A stretch of 57,541 nucleotides of DNA from Candidatus Gastranaerophilales bacterium (lineage in GTDB: Bacteria > Cyanobacteriota > Vampirovibrionia > Gastranaerophilales > Gastranaerophilaceae), in NCBI GenBank assembly GCA_944322555.1, contig CALUPJ010000068.1, forward strand, positions 1-57,541, in the 5' to 3' direction. How positions within the stretch are numbered: the first letter of the stretch is position 1; every line of letters begins with the position of its first letter. Of this stretch, positions 51,903 through 57,541 are shown piece by piece. The notes beneath the pieces are model-generated. The model ran no database searches, was not told where the DNA came from, and saw nothing but the letters and a program-made list of their open reading frames with translations. A program made the position numbers and the translations under genes.

Positions 51903-51943
51903 AAAAACTCCTGTAAACTTAAATAAAATTTCCTTTATATTTA

Positions 51944-51993
51944 TAAAGTTTTTTCAGGAGAAAAAATTGTCTTTTTATTACAAAATTTTAAGA
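51944..51993 (-). promoter_or_regulatory. Shared upstream motif copy TCTTAA-N4-TTGTAA-N7-ACAATT-N15-ACTTTA
   Basis: Plus-strand ttacaa 51978-51983, aattgt 51965-51970, taaagt 51944-51949. Confidence 0.65.
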
Positions 51994-52010
51994 AAACAAT
52001 TTTATCAGAC

Positions 52011-53246
52011 TTACAATCTTGCATTTTTAGGTACAACGGTAACTCCGCCTTCAGAAACATAGAATCCGCGGGCAATATCATCTTCTTTGTTTACACCAAT
52101 TTTTGTATACGGCGGAATATCCACATTTTTATCAATAATAGCCTTTCTTATTTCTGAATATCTTCCGACATTTACGTTTTCCATTATAATACTGTCAGAC
52201 ACCTGCGAATAACTGTTTATTTTTACTTTTGGTGATAAAATACATCTTGAAAGTATTCCGCCGGATACGATACAGCCCTCAGATACCATGGAATTGGTGG
52301 CCATACCGACTCTGTCACCTTCCTGCCAGATGAATTTTGCAGGCGGATAATTGTAGTTAAAAGTCCTAATCGGCCAATCTTTTGAATAAAGATTTAATTC
52401 CGGCTCATAATCCAATAAGTCCATATTTGCCTGCCAATATGCGTCAATACAGCCTACATCACGCCAATAACCTTTTTCGCGTTCTGTCATTCCCGGGAAA
52501 TCATTATCGTTAAAATTGTATATAAAAACCCGTTTACCCTGATTAAGCAGCATTGGAATAACATTTTTGCCGAAATCGTGATTTGAACTTTCTATTTTTG
52601 CATCTTCTTCCAGCGCCCCGAGCAAAACATCTTTATTAAATATATAATTTCCCATAGATGCAAGACACATTTCGGGATTATTCGGCATGGTCTTAGGCGG
52701 TGTTTGAGGTTTTTCAATAAACCCCGTTAATCTCCAGTTATCATCTACTTCTATAATCCCAAACTCGGAAGCTTGACTGATAGGTATGGGAATAGCCGAT
52801 ATTGTTAAATCCGCATAATTGGATTTGTGAAATCTTAACATTTGTCTTACATCCATTTTATAAATATGATCCCCGCCGAATACACAAACATATTCAGGCT
52901 CTTCATCATGAATATGAAATGCATTTTGATAAACGGCATCCGCAGTTCCCTGATACCAGGCCCCGCCGGTACGCATTTGTGCGGGAACCAAATCAACATA
53001 CTGATTTGAAAAAGGTGACAAAACCCAGCCTTTTGAAATATGCTTGTTTAAAGAATCTGATTTGTACTGTGTCAGTACTTTTATTTTATAAAAACCGGAG
53101 TTAATAAAATTGTTTAAAACAAAATCTATTATTCTGTATCTTCCTCCAAACGGCACAGCGGGTTTTGCTCTATCCTGAGTCAAAGGGAAAAGACGCTTTC
53201 CTTCGCCGCCTGCCAAAATCATCACCAGCGCATCATTTATTGACAT
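52011..53246 (-). CDS. glgC: Glucose-1-phosphate adenylyltransferase
   Basis: LAGGEGKRL.PLT..RAKPAVPFGG, GTADAV, GDHIY, FIEKP, SMGNY, DFG, YWRDVG. Confidence 0.98.
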   Translation of the reverse strand: MSINDALVMILAGGEGKRLFPLTQDRAKPAVPFGGRYRIIDFVLNNFINSGFYKIKVLTQYKSDSLNKHISKGWVLSPFSNQYVDLVPAQMRTGGAWYQGTADAVYQNAFHIHDEEPEYVCVFGGDHIYKMDVRQMLRFHKSNYADLTISAIPIPISQASEFGIIEVDDNWRLTGFIEKPQTPPKTMPNNPEMCLASMGNYIFNKDVLLGALEEDAKIESSNHDFGKNVIPMLLNQGKRVFIYNFNDNDFPGMTEREKGYWRDVGCIDAYWQANMDLLDYEPELNLYSKDWPIRTFNYNYPPAKFIWQEGDRVGMATNSMVSEGCIVSGGILSRCILSPKVKINSYSQVSDSIIMENVNVGRYSEIRKAIIDKNVDIPPYTKIGVNKEDDIARGFYVSEGGVTVVPKNARL

Positions 53247-53349
53247 ATAATCCTCCTGAACACCTTTTTATTTTACTCTATTTTACCAGACTTTTACCTT
53301 TCCTGCACTCATTCTTTGGGATGGTAATTTTGTATGTTATAATTTTTTT

Positions 53350-54351
53350 ATGAGTAAGATTCGGAAGCTTTATTATTTTGATAAGAAAAACATGCAGGAA
53401 ATGATTTCATTTCTTAACAACAGGGATCGTTATATAAACAGTATAATGTTTAATCCGCTTATTCCTCTGCATCACCTGCTTCCGCTTAGATTTAAGTTCC
53501 TGCCGGAATCCTATGTTCTTAAAGATAAAAAAGAAATAAAAGGATTGATAACCGTTGCACCTTCAAGGTGTCCGATGAGAAAAATGGAAATCCAAAGACT
53601 TTTCTTTGAAGAAAACGGCTATGATATTGCAGGAGAATTGATTCAATTTGTTGTATCCAAATATAAAGCTATGGGGACGGCATCTTTCATTGTGAAAGTT
53701 GACGATTATATGCCGGAACTTTTGAAGCTTTTTGTCTCTAAATGCGGCTTTAGCCAGATTTCTTATGAAAAACTCTGGAAAATTAATCGTGTAAATGATA
53801 AATTTGACAAAAAAAAATTCAGACTATTTAGAAATTCCGATTCTCAAACCGTCGCAGCTCTTTTTAACGAGTCTTTGCTGCCTCATTTCAGACCGCTTTT
53901 GAGCAGAGATGCAAAAGAGTTTAAAGAGTTTTTGTTCAAAGGGCTTGCTTATATCAATGAATATAAGTACATTATTGAAGATAAAAAATCGAAAAATATT
54001 ATCTGTTATATTTCAATACAAACTGCTGATAACGAAAATTACATTATAGACCTCGTTCAATCTTCCTGGGCAGAAATCAACATGCAAGAGGTTATAAATT
54101 TTGCTAATATGCAGATTAAAAAGCGCCAGAAAAACTTTAATTTGTATATAAAAACTAAAAAATACACTCAGCTTGGAGAAAAATACAATCAGGAATTTAT
54201 GAACAATAAGTTTGAATGTGTACAAAATCAAATAGTTTTAACTAATACTTCCGCAAGAATAATCCGCGAACCTGTTCATAGCGGCAGGTTTACAATACTT
54301 AACCATGTATTTAACGGACAGACTGCAATACAAAAAAGACAGCAGACTTGA
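53350..54351 (+). CDS. Hypothetical protein, possibly tandem GNAT-like fold
   Basis: 333-aa ORF; IKGLI.V...GELIQFV...CGF pattern and second-domain start FRLFRNSD. Confidence 0.6.
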   Translation: MSKIRKLYYFDKKNMQEMISFLNNRDRYINSIMFNPLIPLHHLLPLRFKFLPESYVLKDKKEIKGLITVAPSRCPMRKMEIQRLFFEENGYDIAGELIQFVVSKYKAMGTASFIVKVDDYMPELLKLFVSKCGFSQISYEKLWKINRVNDKFDKKKFRLFRNSDSQTVAALFNESLLPHFRPLLSRDAKEFKEFLFKGLAYINEYKYIIEDKKSKNIICYISIQTADNENYIIDLVQSSWAEINMQEVINFANMQIKKRQKNFNLYIKTKKYTQLGEKYNQEFMNNKFECVQNQIVLTNTSARIIREPVHSGRFTILNHVFNGQTAIQKRQQT

Positions 54352-54457
54352 AACCTGCAAATGAATTAGAATTCTAAGAGTATTTACAAGATACAAAAAC
54401 GTCAGAGAAAATTGATATTTATTGTTTTAACTTTTTTCTGAACTAATATTCTGTGAT

Positions 54458-55282
54458 TTATATTTTTTGTCTGTATATTGAATTAGAGCCCTGACAGGTT
54501 ATAAAAAGCATATTACCTTCTACATGCAGACCGTAAGGCTTGTCCAGTTTGTCTGCAAGGACGGATACAATACCTTGCGGGGTTATTTTTAGTACATTGT
54601 TGTTATTGTAATTGGATACATAAATGTTTCCGATGCTGTCGCTTGCAAGGCTTATAGGTCCGCTTATTTGTTTGCTTTTCAAGAAAACTTGTCTTTTTCC
54701 GTCAGGAGTGATTTTTAAAATAGTGTTATCGGAAAAAGTTGCTACGTAGATATTACCCTGACTATCGGTTGTGATTCCGGTCGGGCTTAATATATTTTCG
54801 TAAATTCCTGATTGAGTTGCAATTTTTGATGGAGCGTTGGTTTTTTGCGGCGGAAGTGTTGTCGAAACTTTTATTGATTCCGCAAGTTCCTGCCCTTTTT
54901 TATAATAACTGTTTGAGGGGGGAATTAAACTTAAATATTCGCTTGCTTTTGTATAATCCTCAAGTTTTGAACTCATTAATGCCAGTTTATAAATTACTTC
55001 ATAGTCATTCGGATTCCTCAAATAAACCTGTTTGTATATAGATAAGGCTTCTGCATATTGTTTAAGATATTCCAGTATTGTTGCCAGATTGTAATATGCA
55101 TCAATATAATCCGGATAAGTTCTGATTGCGGAACGGAAAGATTCAATAGCGCGTTCGTACATTCCTAATTTGTAGAAATCAATTCCCTGATTATAATCCA
55201 GCTTTGCATCCAGCGGAATTTCCGCTGCGTATACCGATATTGATAATGACAGTAATATTGTTGCAAAAACTTTCTTTAGCAT
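54458..55282 (-). CDS. Exported TPR plus NHL/beta-propeller repeat protein
   Basis: Signal peptide, TPRs (AYYNLA..L..L.QY.EAL), P.GI..D..GN.YV repeats. Confidence 0.85.
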   Translation of the reverse strand: MLKKVFATILLSLSISVYAAEIPLDAKLDYNQGIDFYKLGMYERAIESFRSAIRTYPDYIDAYYNLATILEYLKQYAEALSIYKQVYLRNPNDYEVIYKLALMSSKLEDYTKASEYLSLIPPSNSYYKKGQELAESIKVSTTLPPQKTNAPSKIATQSGIYENILSPTGITTDSQGNIYVATFSDNTILKITPDGKRQVFLKSKQISGPISLASDSIGNIYVSNYNNNNVLKITPQGIVSVLADKLDKPYGLHVEGNMLFITCQGSNSIYRQKI

Positions 55283-55327
55283 GCTGATATTATAACATGG
55301 TTTTGTATTTTAAGGTAGAATGTAAAT

Positions 55328-56176
55328 ATGAAACCGAAAGTTATAGCAGTAGCAGGCCCGACTGCCTGCGGAAAAACAAAGCTTGCGATAGAACTGGCAA
55401 AAGAAAGAAACGGCGAAATAGTTTCTGCCGATTCAAGACTTGTGTATAAAGGATTTGATATTGCGGCTGCAAAACCTTCAACGGAAGAAAGAGAAGGTAT
55501 TCCTCATCACTTAATTGATATTGTTGAGCCGGAATTTGATTATTCTGCCGGAAATTTTTATGATGATGCAAAAAAAGCGATTGAAGATATTTTAGCTAGA
55601 GGGAAAACTCCGATTGTTGCTGGGGGAACGGGTTTATATTTCAGAGTATTACTCGAAAATTACAATCTGCCGCGGGTGGAAGCGGATTATGAATTGCGTG
55701 CGCAATTGGAGTTGAAAGAAAAAGAAGAATTGCTTGAGGAGTTAAAAAAGCTTGATTTCCTGACATTTGAAAGAGTGAAAGATGCAAACAAACGAAGGAT
55801 TGTAAGGGCTTTAGAGATTATAAAACTTTTAAACCGCCCGATTTCGGAAATGAATATTCAAAAAGAGCCGGAATATGATGTTGAATGGATTATGCCTGAA
55901 ATCCCGTCCAGGGAATGGCTGTATGACAGAATTAATAAGCGTGTTGATATTATGGCGGAGCAAGGTCTGGTTGAGGAAACAAAAAATCTTATTGCCAAAC
56001 ACGGACGCATAAAAAATATTGTAGATACCATTGGCTATAAAGAAATTTTAACTTATCTTGACGGGCATGCTTCGCTTGATGAAGCCTTAGATAAATTAAA
56101 GCAGCATAGCCGGAATTATGCAAAAAGACAATTAACCTGGTTCAGAAAGAATCCGGAGCTTAAAATTGATTGTTAA
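55328..56176 (+). CDS. miaA: tRNA dimethylallyltransferase
   Basis: GPTACGKT, SADSR.VY, PHHLID, GGTGLY, IGYKE, YAKRQLTWF. Confidence 0.98.
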   Translation: MKPKVIAVAGPTACGKTKLAIELAKERNGEIVSADSRLVYKGFDIAAAKPSTEEREGIPHHLIDIVEPEFDYSAGNFYDDAKKAIEDILARGKTPIVAGGTGLYFRVLLENYNLPRVEADYELRAQLELKEKEELLEELKKLDFLTFERVKDANKRRIVRALEIIKLLNRPISEMNIQKEPEYDVEWIMPEIPSREWLYDRINKRVDIMAEQGLVEETKNLIAKHGRIKNIVDTIGYKEILTYLDGHASLDEALDKLKQHSRNYAKRQLTWFRKNPELKIDC

Positions 56177-56187
56177 AAATTAATAAA

Positions 56188-56213
56188 TGGAACTTTTTTA
56201 TTATTTTTTCGTC
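56188..56213 (+). promoter_or_regulatory. ECF-sigma-like promoter upstream of the sigma gene
   Basis: TGGAAC-N16-CGTC, 32 nt before the ATG. Confidence 0.4.
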
Positions 56214-56245
56214 TTACTATCCAGAATAGCAAGAGGAGATTAAAA

Positions 56246-57178
56246 ATGATGAGTAGAGCTTATGATAATGCGGAATTTATTGATAGTACTGAAATGGAGG
56301 CCAATTTACCAAGAACATTTAGTACAATTGTTAATAATGATGATATTTTGCAAATGTATTTGAAAGAAATCGGTAAGAAGAAAATGCTTACTAAATTTGA
56401 AGAAATAGAATTGGGCAGAAAAATACGGGAAGGCGGCATTAAAGAAAAAGAAGAGGCAAAAAAACAACTTGTTCAGGCAAATTTAAGGCTTGTGGTCAGT
56501 ATCGCTAAAAGATATATAGGCCAAGGTGTGTTATTTATGGATTTGGTACAAGAAGGTTCTTTGGGATTGATTAAGGCGGCAGAAAAATTTGACTATAAGA
56601 AGAATTTTAAATTCTCAACATATGCAACCTGGTGGATTAAGCAAACAATTATCCGCGCTATTTCAAATCACTCCAGAACAATAAGAATTCCTGTGCATAT
56701 GCTGGAAAAAATCAGAAGATATAAAAAAGCTTGTTCTATAGCAGCGGTTGATGAAAATCTTGATGTGGATGAAGAAACAATAGCTAAACTTTCAGGGCTG
56801 GATAAGAAAAAAATATATGAGGTTAAAAGTGCACTTAAAAAGGAGCCGGTAAGCTTGGATACACTTGTTACAGACGATTTATGTATTCAGGATTATATTG
56901 AAGATACATCATATTCGTCACCGGAAAAATGTGCCCAGAATAAACTACAAAAAAATGATGTTATAAGATTGCTGAAAATACTGGATAACAGGGAACAGGA
57001 AATAATCAAAAGACGGTTCGGAATAGATAATGAAGAGCCTAAAACCCTTGAACAAATCGGAAACGACTTAGGTTTTTCAAAGGAGAGAATACGTCAGTTA
57101 GAAGGGATTGCATTGCAAAAATTAAGGAAAGCCGAACGTGTTGAAAAACTCAAAACTTATATTGAAGAAATGGACTAG
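56246..57178 (+). CDS. RpoD/RpoS-family (group 2-like) sigma factor lacking region 1.1
   Basis: [47 protein letters not shown]...SKERIRQLE. Confidence 0.93.
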   Translation: MMSRAYDNAEFIDSTEMEANLPRTFSTIVNNDDILQMYLKEIGKKKMLTKFEEIELGRKIREGGIKEKEEAKKQLVQANLRLVVSIAKRYIGQGVLFMDLVQEGSLGLIKAAEKFDYKKNFKFSTYATWWIKQTIIRAISNHSRTIRIPVHMLEKIRRYKKACSIAAVDENLDVDEETIAKLSGLDKKKIYEVKSALKKEPVSLDTLVTDDLCIQDYIEDTSYSSPEKCAQNKLQKNDVIRLLKILDNREQEIIKRRFGIDNEEPKTLEQIGNDLGFSKERIRQLEGIALQKLRKAERVEKLKTYIEEMD

Positions 57179-57196
57179 AATTACGAGCACAACTTT

Positions 57197-57541
57197 ATTC
57201 TTCTCTGTCTGTCTCAAATACCCCCCTGAAGCCATGAAACGTTCAAATCGCATACGCAATCTTTTGCGCAAAAAAAGAAGCTTATTAGCTTCTTTTTTAT
57301 GGTCGGGATGACACGAGTGCTACACACGTAGAAACATGTCGACAGACATAGGTTACTATTACATTTACCAAGTCATTCTTCTCTGTCTGTCTCAAATACC
57401 CCCCTGAAGCCATGAAACGTTCAAATCGCATACGCAATCTTTTGCGCAAAAAAAAGAAGCTTATTAGCTTCTTTTTTATGGTCGGGATGACACGAGTGCT
57501 ACACACGTAGAAACATGTCGACGGACATAGGCTACTATTAC
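57197..57541. repeat. 178-bp tandem direct repeat (one full copy, second truncated by window end) carrying a tRNA-Pro-like 3' end and terminator
   Basis: Copies start at 57197 and 57375 and differ by one A indel and two substitutions; each has TGGTCGGGATGACACGA (minus strand TCGTGTCATCCCGACCA) and hairpin AAAAAAGAAGCT-tatt-AGCTTCTTTTTT. Confidence 0.93.

Noticed and set aside
57300-57316. Complete tRNA gene
   Set aside because: Only about 17-19 nt of the 3' end are present; no D-arm, anticodon arm or 5' acceptor strand
57297-57506. 69-aa ORF inside the repeat
   Set aside because: It spans the repeat junction and a terminator hairpin, has no RBS, and the A-run indel differs between copies
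57197-57541. Terminal repeats as a CRISPR array
   Set aside because: Units are 178 bp and near-identical along their whole length, with no unique spacers and no cas genes in the window

Overview
An AT-rich bacterial chromosomal segment with no transposase, integrase, prophage or CRISPR array visible. Gene order (infA-rpmJ-rpsM-rpsK-rpsD-rpoA-rplQ-truA-rplM-rpsI), a cyanobacterial-type PLRWA microprotein and the absence of photosynthesis genes suggest a non-photosynthetic cyanobacterial relative (Vampirovibrionia/Melainabacteria, probably Gastranaerophilales); this is inference. Most genes are housekeeping (coaD, rseP, bioAD, typA, uvrB, ilvB, tpiA, ahcY, gatB, speB, queD, glgC, miaA, a group-2-like sigma70). 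The most notable items are: (1) five dispersed orphan Gly/Ala-rich membrane-helix genes sharing an upstream motif, TTGTAA-N4-TTGTAA-N7/8-GCAATT-N15-ACTTTA, which suggests an undescribed regulon with a non-sigma70 promoter; (2) a Wsp-like chemosensory/c-di-GMP locus (CheW-CheW, REC-GGDEF, sensor-less MCP, CheA-REC, nearby PilZ, and a FimV/HubP-like acidic membrane protein) whose cheA has one in-frame TAG; (3) a candidate pseudoknot riboswitch in front of bioD-bioA; (4) a candidate ~155-nt sRNA beside uvrB; (5) 178-bp tandem repeats carrying a tRNA-Pro 3' end and a terminator at the right edge; (6) an animal-type phosphomevalonate-kinase-like gene; (7) a low-GC acyltransferase/XRE islet next to a pflA remnant; and (8) many apparently leaderless genes. 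All family calls come from motif recognition by eye, with no database search.
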